Positions 12,819 through 24,361 of a stretch of 64,000 nucleotides of DNA are shown here, piece after piece. Within the stretch, counting starts at the first letter, position 1, and the number at the start of each line of letters is the position of its first letter. A model generated the notes under the pieces. The model worked only from the letters and a program-made list of their open reading frames with translations, ran no database searches and was not told the DNA's origin. Source of the stretch: Rebecca billardiae RCC1528 (lineage: Eukaryota > Protista > Haptophyta); assembly GCA_965240325.2 (NCBI GenBank), contig OZ251222.1, positions 2,790,001 through 2,854,000 of the forward strand. Reading direction: 5' to 3'. Position numbers and translations under genes: made by a program.

Positions 12819-14833
12819 TCAGTTGTTGCTCAAAGCTGTCGCCGAGACGAAGCTGCCGACGCATCGCACGGCGTCTGTGCACGTGCGGAGGTGCTCGAGC
12901 GTCTGCTTGAGCCCCTCTTCGCTCGAGTGGCCGCCACATTCGGCAAAGAAGCACACCTCTGTGCCACCGCCCATCGGGTCCGGGTACGGGTGAATGTTCT
13001 CGACGTTGACGCCGCGCTGCGTGAACACCTCGAGCACGCGCGCGAGGGTGCCCGCGGTGTGAGGCACCTGGAAATAGAGCAGGCTCCGGTCCTGGGACGG
13101 GGCAGGGGCGCGGCGCGGGGGGAGGGGGGCTTGAGAGGCGGGTGCGGCGGCACACGCGAGGCGATCGTCTTCGCGCGCGCGCGCACCATCCCCGTGGCGA
13201 GCGCCTGCGGCGAGGACGAGACGACCAGGAATCGTGAGAAGGCGTAGGCGGGGCGGGGCACATTCTCCGCGAGCACGGTCGCGCTGAGCGCCTCCGCGTC
13301 GACGCGCGAGCACAGGACGGCCGCCTGCGTGGCGGGGCGGCGCGCGGCGCGCGGTCGTGCCGGCGTGGCTGAGCGCATGTGCAGCGCGGCCTGCGCGCGG
13401 CGCTGGGCTGGTGCACGCGAGACCGGGCGCGGGACGGGTGGCGGCCGAGGGCGAGCGCGTGCCGCTGCCTCACCGTGGCGTCGGCGAGCACGTCGGCCGC
13501 AGCCGCGTGCGCGGGCAGCCCCGCCACCTGCGCCTCGGGCACGGTGGACGACAGCCACTCCTCCAGGTGGGCGAGGCGCGGCAGTGGGCCGTACACCTTG
13601 CGCACCGCGGACAGCGGCCCGGCCGACCTGCTCACCAGCAGCAGCGGCTCGTCGGCCACGAGCACGTCCGCGCACACGTGCAGCTCGGCGGTGGCGAGCC
13701 GGTGGAACGTGGGTACGTCCAGCACGCCCATCGCGTCGGTGAGGGGCACGACGGCGTAGCGCGCCTGAGGGCGGGCGGCGTGGAGTCGGCGGCCGGTCAG
13801 CGCCGCGTGGGGGGGAGGGAAGCGCGCGCACGCGCGCGAGACGACGCGCAGCCGCGCCGCGCGCAGAGGGCCGCGCGCGCTCGGAGCGCCGCGCGCACAC
13901 CTTCCCCGAGAGCACCGTCGCGAGCGCGGCCGAGACGCCGGTGCACGGCACGTGCGTCACGGCCTGCGCCAGGCCGGGCGCGGGGGCTTTGGAGCTGAAG
14001 TGCGCCTCGGCGGCGCGGCGGCTGCGCGCGTCCGCGTGCGCCACGTGGCATCCGCCCAGCCGCTCGAGCAGGTACAGCACCTCGACTTCCTTGGTGAGCG
14101 GGATGATGTGGTCGCGGTACAGCGCCACAATCAGCTCGGGGTCGACCTTGTACGCGGGCTGCGTGGAGCGCTCGCCGGGGGCGCCCTCGATGTCCTGGCC
14201 GTACGCCGACGCCTTCGCGTGCACGCGCCGCAGCAGCTTCGCCTCCACCGCCGCGTTGGTGAGCAGCTCCATGATGCCGTCCGCGTCGCGCGCCTGTATC
14301 AGCCGCGTGTACTCTTCGGGCTGCGAGCGGAACTTGGACTCGGCGACGAACTTGCCGTAGTGGATGCGCTTCGACAGAGCCTGGAGCACGGTGATGTCGC
14401 AGAGCGTCGCAGAGCCGTACTGCGTGTCGTCGCCTGGCGGGCACACCGACGGCACGATGCGCGTGAGGTAGATCGCCTTGATCTGGTCGTTGACGTTGAT
14501 TGCGTTCGGATGGAGCACGACCGAGGTGGGGAGCGTGTCGAGGGACGGCGCGGGCAGCTTGGAGGGGAAGAAGGCGTGCTCCTCGGGCGCGGTGTAACGC
14601 CGCACGCTCGCGTGCAGCCGCTCGTGCTCGAGCAGCATGTGGTCGAGGAACGTGCGCACCGAGTCGTTCAGCACCTTGGTGAACGCCGGGTGGTTGAGCT
14701 CGGAGGTGGCGGCGTTTTGGCAGAACTGCGCGCGCTCAATTAGCGCGAAGATGATCGTCTCTTCCTGGCGGATGAGCGACGAGCGGATCTGGTCGAGGTC
14801 GAGCATGCCGCTGCCGTCACCTGGGGAAGGCAT
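12819..14833 (-). CDS. Eukaryote-type (Aro7/AroQ) chorismate mutase fused to a divergent prephenate dehydratase and ACT domain
   Basis: CM motifs IRSSLIRQEETIIFALIERAQF, RRYTAPEEHAFF, LQALSKRIHYGKFVAESKF, IIPLTKEVEVLYLL. Introns 13765-13900, 13325-13473 and 13092-13186 link in frame to PDT-like (YAVVP, SRFLVV) and ACT (AGTLARVLEVFTQRGVNV) regions. An in-frame stop lies just upstream of ATG 14833. Confidence 0.88.
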
Positions 14834-15769
14834 GGCAACCGCGATGGCGCGATTCGCCGGGCGTCAGGCCGCCATCGACGGGAAGGAATTGAGTCGTGAC
14901 GCCTGTCCGATGACGCAGCACGTGGCTGCCCAGCCGCCGCCCGGCCGGTTGTTATTGATTTAATTAAAACGGCCCGCCATAAGAGACGCACACAGGTCCT
15001 AGGCAGAACAGTGACGACGGTGGGGCGAGGACGACGGGCGCTGGCGCGCCGCGAGGCGGCCGCAGCCCTTGTCCAGGCCTCGCAGGCGGACGGGTGAACG
15101 CGCGAATCATCCGTTCACATCATTCATCAATCTTCCGACGCGGCGCTGCCCGCTCGGCGCTCGGGCACGCGCTCGCCGTTATAATTTAGTGTTTAAGTAT
15201 ATAGCTAGTCGCTAGCTAGTATAAGCTGCTACCAGTCGCAGCGCCCGCGGCTAGTGGCGTAAAGCCCGTAGTTCGTAACTATACTCGTCGGATCACAGTA
15301 TCGTCATCATGTATAACTTGTAGTAGTAACATGGCATCAGCACTTCATCATCCATGGGCGGTGCAAGACAGGCCGGGGCCGTAACAGACGGTACTACTCA
15401 GGCAGCCGGGGCGTCAATACGATTCACGACGATCTGCTCGCCTGCCTGAGCTGTGTGCGTCTCTTATTCAGCTGATGATTGGTAGTAAACTGATGTACCG
15501 TGTATTGTACAATCGTGCTCAGCCAGCAGCCTCTCGGCCCGCAGTAGTGCGCGCACTTGCCTCGCCACTGCGTCTGCTGGCACGCCGTGGATGAAGATGA
15601 TCCATATTGCGGATTTGTGGTGCCCCAGCAGCCTTGATGCATCCCACGCCGGTGGCATCGCAAGTCGGGGCGAGGGCATCGCGCCAACGCTGCCTTCGCG
15701 CGTTCTCGCTCATCAGCCGATCGCGATGGTTGAACGCTGCAACGGCCGTGATGAGATGGGGGGCGACAC

Positions 15770-17104
15770 TCACGCTGCGGTGCTGGCGTCAATGGCATCG
15801 GGCGCGTCAGGCCCGTCCTCCGCCGGCATCTCGTCCACCACGTCGGCCGCGTCAGCCTGGGTGAGAGCGCGCCACTCGCGGGCGGGCATGGAGAAGGAGT
15901 GCTCGGGCGCAGGGAACTGGCCAGCGTCCACCTCAGCCACGTACTGCAGCAGCGCGCGCTCGGCAATCGCGCCGAGCGCAGCGTACCGCCTGGAGAACTT
16001 GGGCTGGAAGCGGTCGTACAGGCCGAGCAGGTCGTGCATGACCTGCACCTGGCCGCTCGTGCCCACGCCGGCGCCGATGCCGATGGTCGGCACCTCGAGG
16101 CGCTGCGTGACGAGCGCGGCCACCTCCGCCGGTACGCACTCGAGCACGACGGCAAAGCAGCCCGCGTGCTGCAGTGCGAGCGCGTCCTCGAGCAGCTCGC
16201 GCGCGGCATGCGCCGTCTTGCCCTGGACGCGGTACCCGCCCAATACGGCGTGCGTCTGCGGCGTGAGCCCGACGTGGCCCATCACGGCGATCCCCGCGTC
16301 CGCCAGCGCGCGCACCTGCGGCAGCACGCGCCGACCACCCTCGAGCTTGACTGCGTCCGCGCCCGCCTCCTTCAGAAGGCGCGTGCTGTTGCGCAGCGCG
16401 TCGCCCTCGCCGAGGTACGAGCCGAAGGGGAGGTCGACGACCATGAAGGCGTGCGGCGCGCCGCGCCGCGCCGCCTTCGCGTGGTGCACCATCTCGCACA
16501 TCGTCACGGGCGTCGTCGAGTCGTACCCCAGGACCACCATCCCGAGGGAGTCGCCGACGAGAACGACGTCGACGCCCGCGCGCTCCGCGAGCTGCGCGGA
16601 GGGGTAGTCGTACGCCGTGACGACGGAGATCGGCTTGGAGGCCTCGTACTTGTTGAAGAGCTGGCGAACGGTCGTCTTGACCGGCTGCGCCGGCGATGCC
16701 GCCCCTCCGGACGCGTCGATGCTCGGCACGCCCGGCGGGCCATTCTCTGGCGCGGGCAGCGGCACGTGTGAATCGCCCGTGCCTGCGGAGCCTGTGTACA
16801 AGCCGCGGGCGTGGGGCGGCGTAGGCAGCATCGGAGATGCCAGCGGCCCCAATGTCTTCCACGTCAGCCCCCGAAGAGCGCCCGGCGCAGCATGAGCCTT
16901 CTTCGGCGCGGATGCATGCCAGCCCGCAATGAAGAGGCTGTGCGCGCGCGGCCAGCGCTTGAAGTAGCTCGCTACGTTGGACGGCGATGAGACGGGCAGT
17001 CCAGGCATCGTCGACGCACGAGCCACCTTGTACCCGCTACGCCCGATGGGCCGGATGACTGCCACGATGGCCGCGAGCGGCCGCGCCGCCATCGGAGCGA
17101 CCAT
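15770..17104 (-). CDS. panB: 3-methyl-2-oxobutanoate hydroxymethyltransferase (ketopantoate hydroxymethyltransferase), probable mitochondrial presequence
   Basis: TAYDYPSA, LVGDSLGMV, DLPFGSY, AVKLEGG, GHVGLTPQ, PTIGIGAG, GQVQVMHDLLG; start codon uncertain (17104, 17092 or downstream). Confidence 0.93.
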   Translation of the reverse strand: MVAPMAARPLAAIVAVIRPIGRSGYKVARASTMPGLPVSSPSNVASYFKRWPRAHSLFIAGWHASAPKKAHAAPGALRGLTWKTLGPLASPMLPTPPHARGLYTGSAGTGDSHVPLPAPENGPPGVPSIDASGGAASPAQPVKTTVRQLFNKYEASKPISVVTAYDYPSAQLAERAGVDVVLVGDSLGMVVLGYDSTTPVTMCEMVHHAKAARRGAPHAFMVVDLPFGSYLGEGDALRNSTRLLKEAGADAVKLEGGRRVLPQVRALADAGIAVMGHVGLTPQTHAVLGGYRVQGKTAHAARELLEDALALQHAGCFAVVLECVPAEVAALVTQRLEVPTIGIGAGVGTSGQVQVMHDLLGLYDRFQPKFSRRYAALGAIAERALLQYVAEVDAGQFPAPEHSFSMPAREWRALTQADAADVVDEMPAEDGPDAPDAIDASTAA

Positions 17105-17246
17105 CCGCCGCTCCGTGGACGCGCACCTGGACACAGCCTGCTGACCACCTGCGGCCGGGCCAATGACGATGCCAGAATGATGCGGCCGCCGAATCTCAAA
17201 TCTCGACGTCAGGAAATCACCTCGAGCCCGTCCGTGCACGCCGGCG

Positions 17247-18776
17247 ATGGGGGCCGTCCGCACGCCGCCGTCGCACGCGAGCGTGCACGCGGTGCAGCTC
17301 GATTCGCTCCTCTCGCTGGCGCAGAGCGAAGCTACCGGCGTCAGCAACTGCGCGCAGACACCATCAGCAGCCAGCTCTGCGCCTGCCGCACTCGACACAC
17401 TCGCCGTGTTCGCTTGTGGCGTGCTTGTCCAGGTGAGCGCAGTCGGCTTGCAGGCGCTGGCAGCGCGCAGAGGCGGCGAGGTGCTCGCCCAGACGAGTGC
17501 CGTGATCTGGATGGTATTCGACACCCTTGCCACCATGTCCCTCGTTCGCCTCGCCGTTCCCCCGGCATATCGCAACTGTGCCGCAGGGTGGGGAGCGTGC
17601 TGCCTCTGTGGCGCCATGCTTGTCTCGTGGTACGAGCGACCGTCCGCGATGCTGGCGTACGTATACCATCCGCTTCTCCTGCTCGCAACGGTATTCCCAC
17701 CATCGATACGGCTCCCAGGCGCCACCCGCGAGGGCTCATCCGCGCGCGAGCGCGACCTGCTCGCCCGCGTGCTGTTGCTATGGCTTGCGCTCTACTTCCT
17801 CACCTCGCCGTTGCTGTCGATCGTGGTGATGCTCGGCGACGCGCTGGTGCGCCGCTTCACAAGCATGCCGTCGACGGCGCTGCTCCCGCTGCTGCTGAAC
17901 ATCGCCCGAAGCTTTGCAAGTGCCGTGCTCCGGCCAGTCGCGCGAGCACTCGACTCGCGCTGCTCAAGAGCAGAAGCAGCTGCCACTGCCGTGCGGCCCA
18001 GGTCCGCACACAGCTCTGAGCCCCTGCGTGCCGCGCCGAATCCTGTCTTCCTGCTCGCGGCCATGCTTGCCAACGGCACGGTCTACTTGGGCGCGGGCAC
18101 GCAGCTCTATGCAAACTATCCCGGCACGGGCCAGTGCGCTGTGCTCGCGACATCGCACATCGTGCAGCTCTGGCTGAAGTGGGGCGTGCGCGGCTCGCGT
18201 GCGCTCTGGCAGCGCGCGTCACAAACGGTGAGGCCACGTGCGCTGCGCGACCTGATCCTCTCGCCCGCGTTGACTTTCGAGGAGCATGCGGAGGGCATGC
18301 ACGCCGAGTTCATCATCGACGCATGCGTGCGCGCCGGGCTCTGGGTGTGCTACTTCTGCCGCCGCTACTTGCTCCACGACTTCTACATGTACAGCTGCTA
18401 CGAGATGGCGGCAGAGGCCGGCATGCTGGAAGACGGCGCGCTCGCGATGGGCACCTGTGCGCGCGTGCTGAGCATGGCGACGCAGTGGACGTGGATGGCG
18501 GCCGCGGTCGACTTGGTGACGTCCGCTCTGATCTGGCGCGCTGTTTATGCCGACGCGCCGAACAGCATGGCCCCTCCCGGCCTGGCCTCTCTCTTGCGCA
18601 GGCGCGCCGGGCTGGCATTCGCTATATTTGGGTTCGCTCTGTGTTCGCTGAACTTCCCGCTGAACGACGCGCTCGTTGGTCGCGGGGCCTCGCTGGCCAA
18701 AAAGGAGGTCGTGCCAGGGCTGATGCCCAGGGTGGGCCCTGGGCCACTACTGCTCTCTAGCATCATCTCTGAGTAG
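17247..18776 (+). CDS. Uncharacterised multi-pass membrane protein (509 aa)
   Basis: Uninterrupted ORF with roughly 9-11 hydrophobic segments and protein-like composition; divergent from panB. Confidence 0.65.
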   Translation: MGAVRTPPSHASVHAVQLDSLLSLAQSEATGVSNCAQTPSAASSAPAALDTLAVFACGVLVQVSAVGLQALAARRGGEVLAQTSAVIWMVFDTLATMSLVRLAVPPAYRNCAAGWGACCLCGAMLVSWYERPSAMLAYVYHPLLLLATVFPPSIRLPGATREGSSARERDLLARVLLLWLALYFLTSPLLSIVVMLGDALVRRFTSMPSTALLPLLLNIARSFASAVLRPVARALDSRCSRAEAAATAVRPRSAHSSEPLRAAPNPVFLLAAMLANGTVYLGAGTQLYANYPGTGQCAVLATSHIVQLWLKWGVRGSRALWQRASQTVRPRALRDLILSPALTFEEHAEGMHAEFIIDACVRAGLWVCYFCRRYLLHDFYMYSCYEMAAEAGMLEDGALAMGTCARVLSMATQWTWMAAAVDLVTSALIWRAVYADAPNSMAPPGLASLLRRRAGLAFAIFGFALCSLNFPLNDALVGRGASLAKKEVVPGLMPRVGPGPLLLSSIISE

Positions 18777-19477
18777 TGGCGCGCGGAGTCGTGTCACTAG
18801 TGACGGTCAGGCGGTGCCACCACGTCCACGGCCCGCGCCGGCGCCCGCGGTCCTGACCGCGCCTGATGCGGGCAGATGGCGATGCCGGATGCGGCATCCA
18901 GTGACACTGTCACACTGACAGTGTAACTGTGACTAGTGGCGCGGGACGGTGGGCTAATTGGCTGACTACATCACCGTACTCAGCAGGCAGTTACTAGTTA
19001 GCAGTACACGCGGACCGGATTACATCGACCACTTAATTCGATCTGACCGTTGATTGAATTGAACTATTATAAGAACTCTTTGCCAGCGTCCCGCCACTGC
19101 GCGGCGGAGAAGCAGTGTACTACTAGTTAGCAGAAGTTGGCGTCAATCACGCCAGAACCAACTGTATCATAGTCTCAGTAGTGTCAGCTCTAAGTAGTAA
19201 GTTCAAAGTGTCAGCAGGCATCATGATCATCGCCAGCCGATCCGGGAGCCAGCCCGGACCAGCGCCCCCACCGTCAGGCGGCGGAGATTTCATCTCCTGT
19301 GAGTTCCGTCGGCGCACAGATGTGACGCGAAGTCGCGACTCGCGAACGGCCGCGTCACAACGCATCACCGTCAGCCAGCCCTCAATCACCGGCAAGGCAA
19401 GATCGGCACGCATTCCGGCGGCGCGCGCGCACACACCACCGACACACACCCCTCCCGCCCATTGCATTCTCTAAGCC

Positions 19478-20596
19478 ATGATGCTCGGGCTGATGGCTAT
19501 TGCCGCTCTGGCAAGCGTGGGGGAGGTCCTTGAGGATTTTGCGCCCATCGAGGTGATCGACGAGAGCTTCCTTGATATCGTCGACCCAGCCGCGCGTCTC
19601 ACACGCGTTGCGTGGCTGGATGGCGCGCGCACGGAGGGCCCGGCATGGGTCTGGGAGATTGGAGCGCTGTCTTTTACGACGGGTAACTGCCCGACTGACG
19701 GCGACTGGGACGACACGTACATCGCGGGTGCGGGTGGGAAGGTGCATCCCGGCGGTTCGCAGCCCATGCTGCGCCACTCCAACCACTCGAATGGGCAGAC
19801 GATCGACTTCACCGGGCTGGGCATTTACGTGTGCGAGACGACCGGGCGACAAGTGAGTCTCATCCGGCTAGATGAGCACGGCCGGACGATTGCGTATAAG
19901 ACCGTCGTGAACAACTACCGTGGCACGCCGCTCAACTCGCCCAATGACGTCGTCGTCAAGTCGGACGGCTCCCTGTGGTTCACAGACCCGAGCTATGGCT
20001 GCATCCAGTTCCCGGAGCAGAAGTGCTCGCTTCCCGGGAACGTGTACCGCTTTGACCCGAAGACGGCTGAGCTCACGCTCGTCTACACCGGTCTGGACAA
20101 GCCGAACGGCCTCGCGTTCAGCCTGAACGAAGAGAAGCTGTACGTGACCGACTCTGGCGCGATGCACGCAGACTTTGACCCGTCGCGGCCGCACGAGGTG
20201 CTCGAGTTCGACGTGCGCGGGGACGGCGCGGATAGCGCGCTGGTGAACAAGCGGGTGTTCGCCGACATCACGCCGGGGATCCCCGACGGCCTCAAGATCG
20301 ACGGCTGGGGCAACGTGTACGTCGCGGCCGGCGATGGCGTTCAGGTCTTCAACCCGGAGGGCGTGCTGCTCGGCAAGATCCACACGCCGCCCTACCCGTC
20401 CAAGTTTGCGAGCCTGACCGCGCCGTACGGGCAGTGCTCCAACCTGGAGACAGGTGGTGCGCTGGGCACACCGCCATCACCGCATTACCTCCGCCACGTC
20501 TTCTACATCGCCGCAGGCCCGGGCCTCTACTCGATCACGCTCAAGTCCGCCGGTGGCAGTCGGCCCCAACCCAACCCGCCATCCGGCCTGCAGTGA
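19478..20596 (+). CDS. Secreted SMP-30/gluconolactonase family beta-propeller
   Basis: Signal peptide MMLGLMAIAALASVG; motifs TEGPAW, SNGQT, LNSPNDVVVKSDGSLWFTDPSYG, KPNGLAFS, PDGLKIDGWGNVY. Confidence 0.92.
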   Translation: MMLGLMAIAALASVGEVLEDFAPIEVIDESFLDIVDPAARLTRVAWLDGARTEGPAWVWEIGALSFTTGNCPTDGDWDDTYIAGAGGKVHPGGSQPMLRHSNHSNGQTIDFTGLGIYVCETTGRQVSLIRLDEHGRTIAYKTVVNNYRGTPLNSPNDVVVKSDGSLWFTDPSYGCIQFPEQKCSLPGNVYRFDPKTAELTLVYTGLDKPNGLAFSLNEEKLYVTDSGAMHADFDPSRPHEVLEFDVRGDGADSALVNKRVFADITPGIPDGLKIDGWGNVYVAAGDGVQVFNPEGVLLGKIHTPPYPSKFASLTAPYGQCSNLETGGALGTPPSPHYLRHVFYIAAGPGLYSITLKSAGGSRPQPNPPSGLQ

Positions 20597-20802
20597 CAAA
20601 GCCGGATCTCAAGAGGGGCTCGACGTGATTAGCAGTAGGCACGATCGGAGGAGGGCAACTTGAAGGTCCGGACGCTTAACTCAGGCCCGGTGGCATCTGG
20701 CCCCATCTGCCAGCTCTCGATCCTGCCACATGTGACATGTTCACATGAGCGCCCTCCTCGCTCCGCACCGGGGCCATCTCAGAGGCATCTCAGTCTCACC
20801 AG

Positions 20803-21702
20803 TCAGTCACGGTCATCGTCATACTCGTGCGCTGCTGCACCGCGGCGCACGGCGTTGGCCACCTTGGAACGCGCTGAGTTGGTAGCATACTTGCGGATGT
20901 GCTCAAGGTAGCGCTCCTTCTCCGGCACCGTGGAGGCCACCGCGGGCAGGGCGAGCATGCGCTCCAACCAGCGATGATAGTGCTCGAGCTCACCGTCGCG
21001 AGGGATGATGAACTCATCGCCACGGTAGTGCGGGAAAACGTAGAACCGGTAGGCCCAGGGCACGAGTGCAATGTCCACCAGCGACACGTGCTCACCGCAG
21101 AAGAACGGCTGGTCCCCAAGCTCTCGTGCAAACGTGCGCAAAGATGCCACGAGCCCGTCGAATGCCTCCTTCTGCTCGGCGCGGGTTTGCTTGCACAGGA
21201 CCGAGTAGTACGGCGAGCAGCACTTTGCATTCGCCCACGACGCCCAGACTCGCGCACGCGCACGGTCGATGGGGTCTGGCGGCATCAGCGGGGAAGCTGA
21301 GGAGCCGCGGCTGCGAGCGATTTCATCCACAAACTCGACTGTGACCAGGCTCTCCTGGACTGATCTTCCCGAGTGCGGGTCGAGCAGCGTTGGGACCATC
21401 CCAGCTGGGTTGGCGGCAAGCAGCTCTTCGCTCTTCCAATGGTACGCCGCCTCTTCGGTGCGCCCGTCTTCGCCGACTGTCGACGCGCGGACCTCCCACC
21501 CAAGCGCCTCCACCCAATCGTACCGCAGCTTGTGGTGCTCCAGCGCAATCGTGCAGCGCTGCGCGAACGGGCAAAACCAGGCACTGAAGTAGCGCAGGGT
21601 GTCGGCAGTCGCGTGAGGTGATACCGAGCTGGACGTCGTGGACAGCGCACGACCGGCTGCCAACCGGGAGTACCCCGCCGCCATGCGCATCGCCGTCATC
21701 AT
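20803..21702 (-). CDS. Cys-type glutathione S-transferase (omega/lambda-like), with N-terminal presequence
   Basis: FSAWFCPFAQR active-site motif, NPAGMVPTL, QESLV, SLVDIALVPW; start chosen at MMTAMR. Confidence 0.9.
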   Translation of the reverse strand: MMTAMRMAAGYSRLAAGRALSTTSSSVSPHATADTLRYFSAWFCPFAQRCTIALEHHKLRYDWVEALGWEVRASTVGEDGRTEEAAYHWKSEELLAANPAGMVPTLLDPHSGRSVQESLVTVEFVDEIARSRGSSASPLMPPDPIDRARARVWASWANAKCCSPYYSVLCKQTRAEQKEAFDGLVASLRTFARELGDQPFFCGEHVSLVDIALVPWAYRFYVFPHYRGDEFIIPRDGELEHYHRWLERMLALPAVASTVPEKERYLEHIRKYATNSARSKVANAVRRGAAAHEYDDDRD

Positions 21703-22174
21703 CAGCGTCGTCACCGCCTCCGATGCAGCAGGCGATGCGCGCGCACAGGTTTGACGCGCCGGACGGCCGATGAATCGATGATGATTATTTTCTGCGCTGA
21801 TGCTTACAGTATTGTTTTTTTTTCGCGCACCCTCGTCGGCTCCCGAAAGCCGAGTAGGGATGACGATGACAGATGATCGCGCTGCCGCAGCGCGCAGTCG
21901 CAGAGCCACCCGGTGCAGGACTCAGACGAACCGGACAACGCCCCTCAGGCGGCGCAGGGGTAGCTAGCACATCATGCCGTGACCTCGTCACTAGAGCAGT
22001 CATCACACCACCGGGACAGCGAGTAAGACGCCACCGCCTGGCGCCGAGCGTCGCCGGCACTGTTGTCACAGTGTGCTGTGACGGCCCGTGTTCCGACTCC
22101 GAGCGTCACGACCGTCCGGCTTCCGTCGACCGTCGACCCTGAGAGACCTGATCGGACTGGTGTGTGAGCGGCTG

Positions 22175-24330
22175 TCACAAGTATTCACTCGCCTTGAACG
22201 CCTTGTGCAGCCGCCCCGCCACCTCCTTCACCAGCACCGCCTTGTCAGTGTCCATCAGCCGCTCGACCACCTTGGTCAGCTCGTACTGCACGACCAGCTT
22301 CTTGGGCGCGCGGTGCTGCTCGTAGATGGAGGTGAGCATGCGCAGCAGCGTCACGCGAATCACGGGCGTGGGGTGAGAGAGCCGGAGCACCAGCTTGGGC
22401 ACGAACTGCGACTCGCCGAGCGCCTGGTTGATCCGCGCGCTCGCGCTCAGGATCTTCCTCAGCGAGTCCAGAAGGTTCTCAAACGTGGCCGGCGTCTGCG
22501 TGTCCAGCACCTCCACCAGCCGCCTGATGCCCTCCGGCTTCTCCAGCACCGCCTCCACCTGTGTGCGCGCACGCGCGCGCGCGCCGCGGTTGCGGATGGG
22601 CGCGGCGCAGATGAGAGAACGGGCACGCCGGCGCGCGGCGGGGGCGGGGTGGGCGACGGCCGAGGGCTCGCGCGGCGCGCCCCACCTTTCGCGGCTCGTC
22701 CGCCAGCCACGCCGCCAGAGCCTCGAGCGCATCGTCTCTCCACGCCTCCTGCGTGAGGAGCTCCAGGTAGAAGCCCGCGCCTGCGCAGCGCGGAGCGAAG
22801 CGCGCAGGGGTGGGCGTGCGCGCGTGAGTCCGCGCTGCGCGCGCGCGCACGCCGCGGCAGCGTGCGCAGGGCCGCCGCGGCCGCGCCCGGGCGCACGCGC
22901 GCGCGGCCGCACCTGAGTGCTTCCACAGCTCGGTGCGCGAGCGCTTGGACGCGCGCGCAATGTCGCACAGCATGGGCAGCGCCACGTGCTTGAGCTGGGT
23001 CGAGCGGAGCACGGCGTCCTGCAGGTGCGGCACGATGCCCCTCGAGGGCGGGCACACGACCGCCTGCTCCTGCCGCAGCCGGTTGAGCTTGCACAGGTGA
23101 TACAAGGACAGCAGCACCTGTCCGCGCATCTCCACGGCGAACGGCGCGCCGTCGCGCACGCCGTCGAGGAGGAAGACGAGCGTGACGACGGCGCCGGCGC
23201 GCTGCAGCGCCTCGACGTGGGAGGACGGCCCCATGCTCAGGTTGCGCACGCACTTGAGCACCGTGAGGATCGTCTGCGGCTCGAAGCGCGTCGCCTCCTG
23301 CAGCGCGAGCACCACGTCCTGCAGCACGGGCAGCATGCCGCGCGCCACCGTCTCGTCCGCGTGCGAGAACAGGAGCAGCATGTCCGCCGCCTGCGAGACC
23401 ATGTAGTCGTGCGTGGTCGCGTCGTCGCCCTGCCAGCCGCCGCCCATGTGCAGCACGCGCGCGAGGCGCACGATCGCGCCCTGCGCGTGCAGCAGCCGGC
23501 AGAAGTCGGAGCGCGGCGCGCGCCACGAGCGCATCTGGAAGAGGCACCAGATGGAATCGACCGCGAGCATCGTCTGCTGCCGCCGGTCGGGCAGCTCGGG
23601 CTCGACGAGGTTGACGAGCACGGGGAGCGCGTCGGAGGCGACGAGCATCGCGAGCGTCGCCGGGCCCGCGCGGCACATCGTGTTCACGAACTGCGCCACC
23701 TGCAGCAGCACCGCCGAGCCCACGCCCGCCACGGACGCAAACGAGACGACCGCCGGCACCGCGCCGAGCAGGCAGAGGTTCTCGCACATGTACCGCGCGC
23801 CCGAGGCGGCGAGCAGGTTGCACAGCCGGAGGAGCGGCTCGAGCAGCGGCTGCTGCTGCGCGGGCGGGAGCAGCGCCGCCTGCTGCAGCAGCTCGACCAC
23901 GGGCATCAGCCCGTGCTCGTGCGTGAACTCCGCCGCGAGCTGCGGCCGCTGCTGCAGCATCGAGATGGCCTGCCGCACGGCCGGCACGACGTCCACGCGC
24001 AGCGGGTCGGCCGTGAGCGCGCCGATCACGCTGCGCACGTCGGCGCGTCGGGATTCCATCTCGCGCTCGTGCAGCGCCATCTCGCCGTGCTCGCGCGCGG
24101 GCTCGACCGACGCGAAGTAGTCCGTGAGCCCGTCCGGCGATTCGAGGTGCCAGGTGGTCGCGCGCCGCGCGTCCAGGCGCGCCTGCCAGTCGCGCGCGCG
24201 CCGCGCCGAGGGCCGATCGGTCGCGCTGCGCGGCTGCGAGCCCGCCACGCTCGACCGAGCGGAGGTTGGCAGCCACAGCCCCGCGGCGCCGCTGCCCGGC
24301 CCGCCACCCCCGCCACCGCCACCGCCGCCG

Positions 24331-24361
<31 letters not shown>

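Noticed and set aside
17105-17725. Long N-terminal extension of the panB ORF
   Set aside because: Overlaps the opposite-strand membrane-protein gene; more likely an open frame by chance
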